Below are positions 11,462 to 23,488 of a stretch of DNA of 64,000 nt, piece after piece; within the stretch, counting starts at the first letter, position 1, and the number at the start of each line of letters is the position of its first letter. The notes under the pieces were generated by a model. It had not been told where the DNA came from and did no database searches. It was given only the letters and a program-made list of their open reading frames with translations. The stretch comes from Myxococcota bacterium (GTDB lineage: Bacteria > Myxococcota_A > UBA796 > SXON01). The stretch is taken from positions 64,001-128,000 of the forward strand of contig JAZKFH010000042.1 of assembly GCA_040386535.1 (NCBI GenBank), written 5' to 3'. Position numbers and translations under genes: made by a program.

Positions 11462-13081
11462 ATGTACATCGGGATCCCGAGAGAGACCTTCCCCGGCGAG
11501 CGCCGCGTCGGGGCCACGCCCGAGTCGGCCGAGCGCCTCCGCAAGCTCGGCTTCACCGTCGTGCTCGAAGCGGGCGCCGGCGCGGCCGCCGGGCTCTCGG
11601 ACGAGAGCTACGCCGACGTCGAGGTGCTCCCCGACGCCGCCGCGCTCTGGGCCCGCGCCGACATCGTGCTCAAGGTGCGCCCCCCCACCCTCGACGACGT
11701 GGCGCGGATGCGCCCGGGCCACGTGGTCCTCTGCCTGTTCTGGCCCGCCCAGAACCCCGGCCTGCTCGAGGCCGTGGCGGCGCGCGGCGTGACCCTCCTC
11801 GCGATGGACCAGGTGCCGCGCATCACCCGCGCGCAGAAGCTCGACGTGTTGTCCTCGCAGGCCAACCTCGTCGGCTACCGGGCGGTCATCGAGGCCGCGA
11901 ACCACTTCGGGCGGTTCTTCACCGGGCAGGTGACCGCCGCCGGCAAGGTGGCCCCGGCCAAGGTGCTCATCATCGGCGCGGGCGTCGCCGGGCTCGCCGC
12001 CGTCGGCACGGCTCGCGCGCTCGGCGCCATCGTCCGCGCCTTCGACACCCGGCCCGCCGTGCGCGAGCAGGTGCAGAGCCTCGGGGCGGAGTTCCTCGAG
12101 GTGACCCTCGCGGAGGAGGGGGACGGCGGCGGCGGCTACGCCAGGGAGATGAGCCCCGCGTTCATCGCCGCGGAGATGGCGCTCTTCCTCGAACAGGCGC
12201 GCGAGGTCGACATCATCGTCACCACCGCGCTCATCCCCGGGAAGCGCGCGCCCACGCTGATCACGGAGGAGATGGTCGAGGCGATGCGGCCCGGCTCCGT
12301 CATCGTCGACCTCGCCGCCGAGCAGGGCGGCAACTGCGCCTTGACCCAGCCCGGGCAGGTCGTGGTGCACAACCGCGTGTCGATCGTCGGCTACACCGAC
12401 CTGCCGAGCCGCATGGCGGTGCAGGCGAGCCAGCTCTTCGGCACCAACCTCTGCCACCTGCTCGCGGACATGGGGGGCGCGGCGGCCTTCCGTGTCGACA
12501 TGGACGACGAGGTCGTGCGCGCCCTCACCGTGACCCACGAGGGCGCGGTCACGTGGCCCGCGCCGAAGCGGGAGGCGCCTCCGGTCGTCGCGGTCGCCGC
12601 GCCCGCAGCGGCCCCGAAGGTGGCGACGCCCGCCAACGCCGCCCCGCTCACGACTCCCTCCGGGCGCCCCAACAGCACACCCAAATCTGGCACCAAATCG
12701 GGGAGCCACGGCCACGGCCCGCCCCAGGGCGGCGGCGGCAGCCCGATCGGCCTCTTCATCGGCGGCGCCGCGCTCCTCGCCGTGGGCCTCGTCGCGCCGC
12801 CCGCCTTCCTCACGCACCTGATGGTCTTCGTCCTGGCCTGCTTCATCGGCTGGCAGGTGGTGTGGAACGTGACCCCCGCGCTGCACACCCCGCTCATGAG
12901 CGTCACCAACGCCATCAGCGGCATCATCCTGCTCGGCGGCATGGTCCAGCTCGGCACGGGCGGCACCTTCTCGGCCGCCTCCCTGCTCGGCGCGATCGCC
13001 ATCCTGCTCGCGACGATCAACGTCGCGGGCGGCTTCCTGGTCACCCAGCGCATGTTGCGCATGTTCGTGCGGGAGTCGTAG
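11462..13081 (+). CDS. pntA: NAD(P) transhydrogenase subunit alpha
   Basis: [46 protein letters not shown]. Confidence 0.97.
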   Translation: MYIGIPRETFPGERRVGATPESAERLRKLGFTVVLEAGAGAAAGLSDESYADVEVLPDAAALWARADIVLKVRPPTLDDVARMRPGHVVLCLFWPAQNPGLLEAVAARGVTLLAMDQVPRITRAQKLDVLSSQANLVGYRAVIEAANHFGRFFTGQVTAAGKVAPAKVLIIGAGVAGLAAVGTARALGAIVRAFDTRPAVREQVQSLGAEFLEVTLAEEGDGGGGYAREMSPAFIAAEMALFLEQAREVDIIVTTALIPGKRAPTLITEEMVEAMRPGSVIVDLAAEQGGNCALTQPGQVVVHNRVSIVGYTDLPSRMAVQASQLFGTNLCHLLADMGGAAAFRVDMDDEVVRALTVTHEGAVTWPAPKREAPPVVAVAAPAAAPKVATPANAAPLTTPSGRPNSTPKSGTKSGSHGHGPPQGGGGSPIGLFIGGAALLAVGLVAPPAFLTHLMVFVLACFIGWQVVWNVTPALHTPLMSVTNAISGIILLGGMVQLGTGGTFSAASLLGAIAILLATINVAGGFLVTQRMLRMFVRES

Positions 13082-13084
13082 TCC

Positions 13085-14518
<1,434 letters not shown>

Positions 14519-14527
<9 letters not shown>

Positions 14528-14567
14528 GGTCGGAGGCGTAGGGTCGCAGGCGTAGGATCGGAGGCGT
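14519..14567 (+). repeat. 14-bp tandem repeat (GAGGCGTAGGGTCG x3.5) spanning the pntB stop
   Basis: Units at 14519, 14533, 14547 and a partial unit at 14561. Confidence 0.85.
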
Positions 14568-14584
14568 GAGGTTACCCTCTCCGG

Positions 14585-16579
14585 GTGACACTCACGACGC
14601 CCGCTCGCCGATACGACCGCCTGTTCGTGGGCGCCCTCCCCCTCCTCCTGCTGGCCGGGGGCCTCGGCGCCTGGGCCTGGTGGGACGCGCGTGAGGCCGA
14701 CGCCCTCGCCACCGCCGAGGCCACGGCGCGGGAGGAGGTCGATCCCGTCAAGGCCCGCATGGACGCGGCCGCCGCCACGCCGCCCGACATCGACACGACG
14801 ATCCGCGTCGTGCACGAGATCGATCGCGCGCTCGCCGATCACCACTCGATGCGCGCGTACCTCGCCTCAGCGGCGGCCCAGGACTACCGCGGCGTGGCTC
14901 CCGACGTGTTGCAGGCCCGCCAGAAGATCCTCGACGTGTTGTTCCGCCTCTACGCGCTCCAGACCCAGGCGGACGAGAAGGACGAGCTGTACGCGGTCTC
15001 AGCCGAGTACCTGCTCAAGACGATGTCGCTGGTCGAGCTCCAGGGCGGGCTCTCTCCCGCCACGTCGGTGAAGGTCGACAAGGAGCAGGCGCAGAAGCTC
15101 CTGGAGCAGCTCCGCGAGGAGAAGGCCGAACACGCCCGCGTCGCCAACGCCCTGCGTGGGGAGGAGGCCGCGCTCTACGAGGCGGTCGCCACCTACGCCG
15201 AGACGTTGCGCCCGCACCTCGAGGCCTGGGACAAGTTGTGCCTGCTGAGGGACCGCGCCCGCCTCGCCGCCCGCAACGGCGACTGGCCGGCCGCGCGCGC
15301 CGCCGCCGAGGCCGCGATCGCCATGTCCCCGAGCGAGCAGGAGGCGCATCTGCTCGCGGCGCAGGCCATCCTGGCCGGCGGCACCGACGAGGACCTCCCC
15401 CGCGCCGAGGCGCTCCTCCAGGAGGTCCTGGACAAACACCCCGACGAGAGCGCGCCCGCCCTCCTGCTGCTCGGCGTGCTCGAGCGCCGCCGGGGCGACG
15501 AGGCCAAGGCGACCCTGGCGTTCCAACAGTCGGCCGCGATGTATCCCAAGCAGGCCGCGCGCCTGTCCGACATGTTGGATCCGTACAAGCAGCGCGCGTT
15601 CCTCGACCAGTCCCGTGAAGGGAGCTGGATCCTGGAGAGTTACCGTTCCACGATGGTGGGCGCCGGCTATTACAGCCCCGACTTGCAGCTCGCGAAGGGG
15701 CTCTTCGACAGTGGCAACTTCGAGTCGGGCAAGCAGCACGTGCTGGAGCACTTCGGTCGGCGGCGCGCCCAGGCCCAGTGGGATTTTCTGCTCTCCGACA
15801 TCCAATTCTGCGTGGAGCTCCTGGGCGAGGACTGGCGCGCCATCTTCCCTGAAGACGCCTGGCTCGATCTCGTGGTCGACGCAGAGATGCTCGGGGATGG
15901 CATCACCCTCGCCATCGACAACCGGAGCGGGCGCACGCTCCGCAATGCCACGCTGGTCCTCGCGATCCAATACACGGACATGTTGCCCGGCCAATACAGC
16001 GCCGTCGCGGCGGAGCGCACCCTCCCCGCCGTGCTCTCGCGCGAGTCGACCGATTTCGGCCGCCTCGACATCGACACCGAGTGGCTCGGCAAGCCGAAGA
16101 CCCGCGCCGACGTGGTGCAGCACCGCGCGGTCTTGCTCTCGGACGACGCGGTGGTCTGGGTCGACACCGACGCGTTCAAGATGGCCGAGGCCAAGGCGTT
16201 CCGCGAGGCCGGGCGCGCGCCTACCAACCCGGGCATGGCAACCCGCATGGACACCCTCGCGCGGGACGCCGGGCGCGCGGCCTCCGTGGCCGCAGTGACG
16301 CGCCTCGGAGACGACGGCGTGGTGCTCAAGCTGCCGCGCGGGCTCTCGATCCTCGCGCCCGTGTTCACGCTCGACTACGCGGGCCGCACCATCACCGCGA
16401 CGAAGAACGTCATCGAGAACGACGAGATCGTCCTCGACTTCCGCGGGCTCGCCAACTTCGAGGCGGCGGACGCCTCCATGGGCGATCTGGTGCTGACCGT
16501 CGGCAGCGTGTTCGGCGAACGAAAGCTGCGATGGTCGCCGGCGGGCGGGATGGCGTGGCGGTTCGTCGGGGTCGAGTAG
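14585..16579 (+). CDS. Membrane-anchored coiled-coil/TPR protein
   Basis: N-terminal TM helix, helical/TPR middle, beta-rich C-terminus; GC3-biased codons. Confidence 0.65.
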   Translation: MTLTTPARRYDRLFVGALPLLLLAGGLGAWAWWDAREADALATAEATAREEVDPVKARMDAAAATPPDIDTTIRVVHEIDRALADHHSMRAYLASAAAQDYRGVAPDVLQARQKILDVLFRLYALQTQADEKDELYAVSAEYLLKTMSLVELQGGLSPATSVKVDKEQAQKLLEQLREEKAEHARVANALRGEEAALYEAVATYAETLRPHLEAWDKLCLLRDRARLAARNGDWPAARAAAEAAIAMSPSEQEAHLLAAQAILAGGTDEDLPRAEALLQEVLDKHPDESAPALLLLGVLERRRGDEAKATLAFQQSAAMYPKQAARLSDMLDPYKQRAFLDQSREGSWILESYRSTMVGAGYYSPDLQLAKGLFDSGNFESGKQHVLEHFGRRRAQAQWDFLLSDIQFCVELLGEDWRAIFPEDAWLDLVVDAEMLGDGITLAIDNRSGRTLRNATLVLAIQYTDMLPGQYSAVAAERTLPAVLSRESTDFGRLDIDTEWLGKPKTRADVVQHRAVLLSDDAVVWVDTDAFKMAEAKAFREAGRAPTNPGMATRMDTLARDAGRAASVAAVTRLGDDGVVLKLPRGLSILAPVFTLDYAGRTITATKNVIENDEIVLDFRGLANFEAADASMGDLVLTVGSVFGERKLRWSPAGGMAWRFVGVE

Positions 16580-16632
16580 GCGCGGGGTGGAGTAGGCACG
16601 GGGTCGACCAGGCGCGTCGCGGCGCCGGTCGG

Positions 16633-18414
16633 TCACTTCCTGGCCGTCTCGAGGAGCTGCCCGCACGTGACCGCGTCCTCGCCGGTGAGCTTCGGACACA
16701 CCTCCCCGAGCACGCGCGCCGCGTCCACCTTCCGGTCGGCCCGGACGAGCTCCTGCCCCACCCACGCGAGGAACTTGGGCTCCAGGCCGGGCTTCCCCAC
16801 GAGCGCCACGGCCTCGGCGTGCTGGCCGAGGGCGAGGTGGCTCGTGATCGCCACCCGGCGCATCGCGGCGTCCATCGTCGGCTCCGCCGTCGGGTAGAGC
16901 TTGATCAGGGAGAGCGCGTCCGTGTGGCGCTTCGCGTGCTGGAGGAGGAGGGCGTGGTCGTGCACACGGTCGCGCGGCGCGGTGTCGCCGAGGGGCCCCA
17001 GCAGCGCGAACGCCGCGTCCACGTCCTTCGAGAGCACGGCGCACACATAGGCGTTCTCGGCGGCACGTTTCTGCGTCGGATCCGCCGCGGCCACGGCGGC
17101 GAGGTCCACGCGGCAGCCCACCCAGTCCTTCCCGTTGTTCTCGGCGAGGCCGAGGTTCTGGCGGTCGACGAGGGTGCCCTGGGCGCGCACGTACGCCACC
17201 ACCGCCGCGTTCAGGCCCGTCGGGTCGCCAACGGCCCGGTGCGCGAGCCGGGCAGCGAGCAGTGGCTCGGCCGGAAACCGTGTCATGGCCGCCTGGAGCA
17301 GGCTCCACCCCTCGGCGGCGTGCCCCTGCGCGGTCACCAGCTCCGCCTCGGCGAGCACGATCTCGACCACCTCCCCGTAGCGGGCCCGCGCCTTCGCCAG
17401 GGACGCGGCCGCCTCCGTCGTCCGGGTGCGGCGAACCTGCACGTCGATCAACAGGACCGCCGCCTGGCGCTGGATCGCCTGGAGACGCACCTCCTGGCTC
17501 TTGAGCGTGATGCCGCTGATGGCGCCGCTGACGTGGAGATCCACCCACGTGTCGCTCGCCACGACCTCGGTGATGGCTCGCTCGGCGTCTTCCAGCCGGC
17601 CCTCGTTCACGAGGCACTGCGCGCGGTTCACCCGCACCCCCACGTCCTTCGGGAGGGCCACCATCGCCGCGTCGAGCACCGGGAGCGCCTCGGCGCACTT
17701 TCCGGCCTCGAGCAGCAGGCCGCCACGCTCGGCCAGCGCGAAGCCCGAGAGCCCAAGCGCCTCGGCGTTGTCGTACAGGGCCGCGTTGTCGTTCGTGTGG
17801 ACGGCCATCAACGAGCGCGCGTTCGTACGGAGGGAGACCTCCGCCGTGTCGTCACACGCGAGCAGGCGGGAGCGCGCGGCGGGGATGTCCGTCGCTTCGA
17901 GCAGGATGCCCACGTCGAGACAGGCGCGGTCTGGCGCGGACAAGGTGGTCCGGGCGACACGCGCGCGCGCCTCGACCAGGTCCCCGAGACGCAGGCTGGA
18001 CAACACCGCCACGGACGCGGTCCCGGGATGCCCCGGGTTCAGGTCCAGGCCGCGCCCGCTGGCCTGTGACGCGACCACGAAGTCCTGCGCGCCGAAGGCC
18101 GCCTCGGCGAGCGCCACGTGCGCCATCCACTGCTCCGGAAACAGCTCCGTCGCGTGCCCGAGCACCTCGATGGCCTCGACCGCGTGGTTCTGGCGGCTCC
18201 GGGCCTGCCCGAGCAGCACGAGCGCCATGCCGCAGTCCGGCGCCTTCGCGACGACACGGGTGAGGATCTCCTCGGCCCTGGCCGGGTTGCCCTCGTTGAG
18301 CGCGGCCACGGCACGGTTGAATTCCTCGTGCAGCGCGGTGGGGGGCTCCCACGCGGCGACCGGAGCCTTCGCGAGCGCGGCTCCGATCCAGAGGGCCATC
18401 GTCAGGATGCACAT
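16633..18414 (-). CDS. Exported TPR-repeat protein
   Basis: Signal peptide MCILTMALWIGAALA followed by TPR-like repeats. Confidence 0.7.
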   Translation of the reverse strand: MCILTMALWIGAALAKAPVAAWEPPTALHEEFNRAVAALNEGNPARAEEILTRVVAKAPDCGMALVLLGQARSRQNHAVEAIEVLGHATELFPEQWMAHVALAEAAFGAQDFVVASQASGRGLDLNPGHPGTASVAVLSSLRLGDLVEARARVARTTLSAPDRACLDVGILLEATDIPAARSRLLACDDTAEVSLRTNARSLMAVHTNDNAALYDNAEALGLSGFALAERGGLLLEAGKCAEALPVLDAAMVALPKDVGVRVNRAQCLVNEGRLEDAERAITEVVASDTWVDLHVSGAISGITLKSQEVRLQAIQRQAAVLLIDVQVRRTRTTEAAASLAKARARYGEVVEIVLAEAELVTAQGHAAEGWSLLQAAMTRFPAEPLLAARLAHRAVGDPTGLNAAVVAYVRAQGTLVDRQNLGLAENNGKDWVGCRVDLAAVAAADPTQKRAAENAYVCAVLSKDVDAAFALLGPLGDTAPRDRVHDHALLLQHAKRHTDALSLIKLYPTAEPTMDAAMRRVAITSHLALGQHAEAVALVGKPGLEPKFLAWVGQELVRADRKVDAARVLGEVCPKLTGEDAVTCGQLLETARK

Positions 18415-18464
18415 GCGCGCGATGTACCACACCGGTGGCGGGAGATGGTGGCTACCTTGTGAGC

Positions 18465-19337
18465 ATGGCGCGGATCGCGGACCGGCTACCCGACAACGCC
18501 CCCGGCGACGTGTATGTCGATCGCACCTGCATCGACTGCGGCACCTGCCGACACGTCGCGCCGACTGTGTTCGCGGAGGGCCCCGACCACTCCTTCGTGT
18601 ACGCCCAGCCGGAGGACGAGGCATCGAGCCTGCGCGCCCGCATGGCGATGGTGGCGTGTCCCACGAGCTCGATCGGCAGCGTCTCCCGCGCCGACCTGCG
18701 CCCGGCCGTGGCCGCGTTCCCCGAAGAGGTGCTGCCCGGCGTGTACTACTGCGGCTTCGCCTCGCCCGACAGCTACGGTGCGTCGGCGTGGCTGATCCGC
18801 CGTCCGGACGGAAACGTGCTCGTCGACTCGCCTCGGGCGGCCGCGCCGCTGCTCCGCCGCGTCGAGGCGCTCGGCGGGGTCCGGTGGATGGTCCTGACCC
18901 ACCGCGACGACGTGGCCGACCATGTCCTCTGGGCCCGCCACTTCGGCGCCGAGCGCATCCTGCACGCCGCGGACCGAACGCCGGGCACCGCCGACGTGGA
19001 GCGCTTCGTGGAGGGCCTCGCGCCCGTGCCGCTGGCGCCCGATCTCACGTTGATCCCGCTCCCTGGCCACACGCGGGGCAGCATGGGCCTCTTGTACCGG
19101 GACGACGTGCTCTTCTCCGGCGATCACCTCTGGGCGGAGTCCCCGGGGAGCCCTGATTTGGACGCGAGTCGCCGGGTGTGTTGGTACGACTGGGCGACCC
19201 AGATCCGCTCCATGGAGACGCTGCTCGCCCCCCGGTTCGCCCACGTGTTGCCGGGGCACGGCGCGCCCTGGCACGGCGGCGCGGCGGCGAAAGACGCGGC
19301 GCTCGTCGCGCTGCTCGGGCGGATGCGGGCGGCGTAG
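18465..19337 (+). CDS. Ferredoxin-fused MBL-fold metallo-hydrolase
   Basis: CIDCGTC...CP Fe-S motif. THRDDVADH, PGHTRG, FSGDH, LPGHG. Confidence 0.85.
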   Translation: MARIADRLPDNAPGDVYVDRTCIDCGTCRHVAPTVFAEGPDHSFVYAQPEDEASSLRARMAMVACPTSSIGSVSRADLRPAVAAFPEEVLPGVYYCGFASPDSYGASAWLIRRPDGNVLVDSPRAAAPLLRRVEALGGVRWMVLTHRDDVADHVLWARHFGAERILHAADRTPGTADVERFVEGLAPVPLAPDLTLIPLPGHTRGSMGLLYRDDVLFSGDHLWAESPGSPDLDASRRVCWYDWATQIRSMETLLAPRFAHVLPGHGAPWHGGAAAKDAALVALLGRMRAA

Positions 19338-19553
19338 GCGGGGGACCGTGATCAACGGAATGCGCGCGCATCGACGCGCCCATGGCAGCACGCGCGCGCG
19401 GCCCGCGGCGTCGCGCCGGACCGGTGAACTCCAGCCGACGGGCTTTCGATTCAATCGTTGGTACCTACGTTCCTGGCATCGAACCACACGAGCGCGGGCC
19501 TGGCATGCCGGTTGCTCTCTCGTGCGGCGAACCCGATGTCGAGGACCAGGCCC

Positions 19554-20432
19554 ATGTACGCTCGCGCCGCCCGCTCCCCCCTCCCTGCCCGCCCCGCGCC
19601 GCTGTCCGCGGCCCTCGTGCGCCGGCCTCCCCAGTCGCTCCTGCTCGTCGGCATCGACACCCGTCCGACGGAGGTCGAGGTCGCCCTCACGTCCCTCGAC
19701 ACCATCGCCACACGTCTTCGCATGGCCGGCGATGCCCGCGCCGTCTTTCCCGAGGTGTACGCGGTCATCACCCGCAACGTCGCGGCCGTGATCCGCGCGG
19801 GGGGCGTGTTCCTCGAGCCGGCGTGGATCGCGCGGCTCGCCGGCCGCTTCGCCGAGCGGTACTTCGAGGCGCTCATCCCGTCCCTCACCGGGGCCCCCGT
19901 CGCGAGCACCGCGTGGCGGGTGGCGTTCGACGCCGGGCGGGCCGACGCCCGGATCCCGGTCCGTGACGCGCTCCTCGGCATCAACGCGCACATCAACTAC
20001 GACCTCGCGCAGGGCATCGCCGACAACATCCGCGCCGCGGGCCACGCGGACGACGCGCGCATGCTCGCCCGCTACCGCCACGATCACGACGCCGTCAACA
20101 CGATCCTCCGCGCGTCCGCGCCCGCGATCTACGACCTCCTCCTCACCCGGTACGCCTGCCCGCTGACCTGGGCCGCCACCCGCAGCCGCCATGTCAACGC
20201 GGCCGTCACGCACGGCGCGCTCCGGGTGCTCGGTGGCTGGCGCTCGGATGTGTGGGCGGACATGCTCGTCCTGCTTCGTGCGCCGGACGCGCGCGCCCAA
20301 GGGGTCGGGCTCCGCGCCATGGACCGTCGCTCCGGCCGCTTCGCCCGCGCCTTCGCCGCGTCCAATCCGGCGTGGATCCGCCGGGCCGCGCGCAACCTGG
20401 TCTACGAGGCCTCGGCCTTGTCGTTCGGGTAG
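19554..20432 (+). CDS. DUF5995-like protein
   Basis: Y..IT..V, RFAERYF, AWRVAF, LLGINAHINYDL. Start codon uncertain. Confidence 0.7.
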   Translation: MYARAARSPLPARPAPLSAALVRRPPQSLLLVGIDTRPTEVEVALTSLDTIATRLRMAGDARAVFPEVYAVITRNVAAVIRAGGVFLEPAWIARLAGRFAERYFEALIPSLTGAPVASTAWRVAFDAGRADARIPVRDALLGINAHINYDLAQGIADNIRAAGHADDARMLARYRHDHDAVNTILRASAPAIYDLLLTRYACPLTWAATRSRHVNAAVTHGALRVLGGWRSDVWADMLVLLRAPDARAQGVGLRAMDRRSGRFARAFAASNPAWIRRAARNLVYEASALSFG

Positions 20433-21406
20433 AACTGCCGGGCCCACTGGCGATACCGCCCGACCGGACCATCCCCCTTCGCGAGCGCGGGGGGGTTCAC
20501 GTACCGCTTGTTCTCCCAGATCGCGAGGTCCTGGTGAACGTCGTTGCGGAAGGCGCGCCAGGTCGCCAGGCTGACGATCGCCCGCAACAACGCGCTGGGG
20601 ATCAGGGCCAGGAGCGGGGTGAACTTTCGCATGCCGGCGATCCGCACCGTGGTGGCGATGCGCATCTCGACGCGATCGCCGTCGAGCGGCGTCGGCAGCA
20701 CGTAGTGCCGGGTCTCGAGCCCGAGCTCGGGCACGCGCGCCTCGACGAACGACCAGCCGAGCCCGTGCACATGCACCTCGTACTCGGCGCGGAAGCGCCG
20801 CCCGGTGCCGCCGGCGCCCCGGGACATCGCGTACCGCGCGTTGAGGTACGGCCCGTCGGACACCATCTCCTTGAGCGTCTCGAAGTTCGTGTAGCGGTGA
20901 ACGGCGGCGAAGTGCCCGACGTCCACGCTGTTCTCGGTGGTCTCCTGCGGGTGGGTGCGGATGGTGCGCACCTCGGAGCGGGGCGCCGACCACTCGGCCG
21001 AGGGCGCGATGTCGGGCACCTCGAAGGTGGGGGGCCCGGCCGCCGCGTCGAACCACGCCAGGACGTACCCGTTCTTCTCGCGGATCGCCCACTGCCGCAG
21101 CCGCGCGGCGCCCGGCGGCGGGTGCCCGTACGGCGTCGCGACACAAACACCGCCCGTGTCGAAACGGAAGTCGTGGAAGGGGCACCGGAGGGTCTCTCCC
21201 TCGACCGTGCCGCCGTGCCCGAAGTGCGCGCCCAGGTGCGGGCAGTACGCGTCCGCGACGCAGGCGACACCGGCGCGGGTCCGGTAGACCACCACCTCCT
21301 GGCCCATGAAGGTGCGCGCCACGAGCGAGCCTGGGGCAAGCTGGGTACTGTCCGCCACCACGTACCAACCGGTGGGGAACGGGGAGAAGGGGAAACGATA
21401 TGCCAA
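20402..21406 (-). CDS. Rieske [2Fe-2S] mononuclear-iron oxygenase (KshA/Neverland-like)
   Basis: CPHLGAH...CPFH Rieske motif, ENSVDVGHFAAVH iron site, DLAIWENK. Probable TTG start. Confidence 0.85.
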   Translation of the reverse strand: MAYRFPFSPFPTGWYVVADSTQLAPGSLVARTFMGQEVVVYRTRAGVACVADAYCPHLGAHFGHGGTVEGETLRCPFHDFRFDTGGVCVATPYGHPPPGAARLRQWAIREKNGYVLAWFDAAAGPPTFEVPDIAPSAEWSAPRSEVRTIRTHPQETTENSVDVGHFAAVHRYTNFETLKEMVSDGPYLNARYAMSRGAGGTGRRFRAEYEVHVHGLGWSFVEARVPELGLETRHYVLPTPLDGDRVEMRIATTVRIAGMRKFTPLLALIPSALLRAIVSLATWRAFRNDVHQDLAIWENKRYVNPPALAKGDGPVGRYRQWARQFYPNDKAEAS

Positions 21407-21518
21407 CCGGTCACCCGAGCCGGCTGCGCGTAACCCGCGCCTGCGCCGTTCACCGCCGCCGCGCCCCCAACGGGCCCGCGGTCTTGTACCGTCACGCCTC
21501 CCCTCCTCCCGGTGTCGC

Positions 21519-23273
21519 CTGACCGAGGTCCCCGTCGCGCCTCCGTCGCCTCCGGGCGCCCCGACCGAGGGCGCCGCGTCCGTCCGCACGGTCGCCGCGC
21601 CGGATCGCCCCGCTCCCTTCGACCGGAGCCGCCTCCTCGATCCGCTGGGCGCGCTCGCCGCCGCGACCGCCGGGCTCCTGGTGTGGGCCACCGACCGGGG
21701 CGCCGACTCCGCGCTCCGCCCCGTGGACGCCCCGGCCTGGGCCCGCTTTCGCGACCACCTGCTCGAGGGGCCGGACGCGGGCGCGTGGGCGTCGAACGCC
21801 GCCGCTCTCTGGCTCGGGCGCACCGAGGACCTCGATCCGCACCGCCTGCCCATCCTGCCCCGACTCACCGCGCTGGTGCTCGAGCTGCTCCCCGACCCCG
21901 CGCTGGCCGGGCACCTCGTGAACCACCTGCTCCACGTGGCCCTCGGCCCCGTCGTGTACCTGCTCGGGCGCCACTGGATGGGGCGTGGCATGGCGTTCGG
22001 CGCCGCCATCAGCGCGGTCTGCTACCCGCCGGCGATCATGGCCGCGGAGCGCTACGGCGTCGATCCGCTCGTCGCCGTGGCCCTCCCGGCGGCCCTGCTC
22101 GCGGCCGAGGGCGCGGCGCGGCGCTGGTGGCTCGCGGCGCTGTTCGGCATCGTGGTGGGCCTCGCCTCGGCCACCCACCTCACGACCATCGGGATCGGCG
22201 TCCCCGCGCTGCTGCTCGCGTTGTTCCGCGGCGCGCCGGGCTTCCGCCGCTGGCTCGGCGCCGCGGGCCTCGCGGCCGGCACGCTCGTCGGGGTCGGCCT
22301 CGCCTTCGTGGACTACCCCATCCTCCCCTGGGGCCTGCTGACCGGCAGCCTCGCGGAGGGCGTCGCCCCCGCCGCGCCGAACGGAAACACCGCGGTCCTC
22401 GCCGACTCCATGGCCCGCGCGGTGGCGATCGTCCGCGACGGCGGGCCCGCAGCCCTCGATCGCGCCATCGCGTTTCTCGCCGCCACGGCGCGCCCGTCCT
22501 GGCTCCCCTGGGCCGCCGCCTTGTGGCTCCCGTGGCTCGGCATCGTCGGCTGGGGGCTCTCCACGTTGCCCCGCCACCCGCCCCGCCCCGGCGCCCTCTC
22601 CCGCGTCTCCCAACGCAGGCTCGATCCCCTGCGTGGCCTCGGCGCCGGCGTACCGCTCGCCCTGGCGCTCGTCCCCATCCTGGCGTTCGCGGCGGCGGAG
22701 TCCCCCCTTCGCTACACCCACAACTACTACCCGCTCGGGGTCCTGCTCGTGTTCCGCGGCGGAGACGTGGTCGTGCGGCTCGTGGAGCAGGCGGTCGGGC
22801 GCTGGTTGCCCCGGGCGGCCCGTGGGGGGCTCGGCGTCCTGGTGGGCGCCGCCGCCGTCGCCGGGTTGTGGCAGGGCGACCGTGTCTTCGCGCCGCTCCG
22901 GCTCCCTCCGAGCGGTTTCGACGTGGCCGATTGGCGCCTCGGCGCGGTGATCGCGTCCCACTTCCCGCCGGGTGGGGGCGCGTCGTGCTTGCGACGCGAG
23001 GTCGTCGCCTACGCCGCACGCACGTTCTGTCCCCACACGCCCGGGTTCGAGTACACGCGCGCCGCCGAGCCGTTCCGCGCGCACCTCGACACCGAATGTC
23101 CCGGCGAGGGGCCCATCCCCTACGTCATCCTCAGCGGGGTGGAGGTGGGCGCCACGGACAGCCGCCGCCGGATGGACGCCTGGGTGCTCGCCAACGGGAC
23201 GCTCCTCGAGACCGTGACGGACGCGCGGTACGAGGCCGCCGTGTACGCGGTCGACCGTGTCACGGCCCCGTGA
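21519..23273 (+). CDS. Polytopic membrane protein, GT-C-fold glycosyltransferase-like
   Basis: Many hydrophobic helices, N-terminal GPDAGAW loop, soluble C-terminus. Start and function are inferred. Confidence 0.5.
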   Translation: MTEVPVAPPSPPGAPTEGAASVRTVAAPDRPAPFDRSRLLDPLGALAAATAGLLVWATDRGADSALRPVDAPAWARFRDHLLEGPDAGAWASNAAALWLGRTEDLDPHRLPILPRLTALVLELLPDPALAGHLVNHLLHVALGPVVYLLGRHWMGRGMAFGAAISAVCYPPAIMAAERYGVDPLVAVALPAALLAAEGAARRWWLAALFGIVVGLASATHLTTIGIGVPALLLALFRGAPGFRRWLGAAGLAAGTLVGVGLAFVDYPILPWGLLTGSLAEGVAPAAPNGNTAVLADSMARAVAIVRDGGPAALDRAIAFLAATARPSWLPWAAALWLPWLGIVGWGLSTLPRHPPRPGALSRVSQRRLDPLRGLGAGVPLALALVPILAFAAAESPLRYTHNYYPLGVLLVFRGGDVVVRLVEQAVGRWLPRAARGGLGVLVGAAAVAGLWQGDRVFAPLRLPPSGFDVADWRLGAVIASHFPPGGGASCLRREVVAYAARTFCPHTPGFEYTRAAEPFRAHLDTECPGEGPIPYVILSGVEVGATDSRRRMDAWVLANGTLLETVTDARYEAAVYAVDRVTAP

Positions 23274-23488
23274 CAACCGCGGACGTCGGTAGCCCCGACG
23301 CGCCGTCAGAAGGAGGCGCGCCACCCCGATCCACGCCACCAGAGCAGCGTTTCGAGGCCCGTCCGGCGCGCCGCGCGTCCTGACAAACCCCGTTGAACGC
23401 AGGCTCTGGCATGTGCATCTCCAATCGTCACGGAAGCCGACACAAAAAAGACAGGCCGTCCGGCCATCGTGTGCGATCGTTCCCTCCC

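Noticed and set aside
18465..19337. Beta-lactamase resistance gene
   Set aside because: The THRDDVADH motif is non-canonical and the protein is a ferredoxin fusion with no signal peptide, so it is a generic MBL-fold family member.
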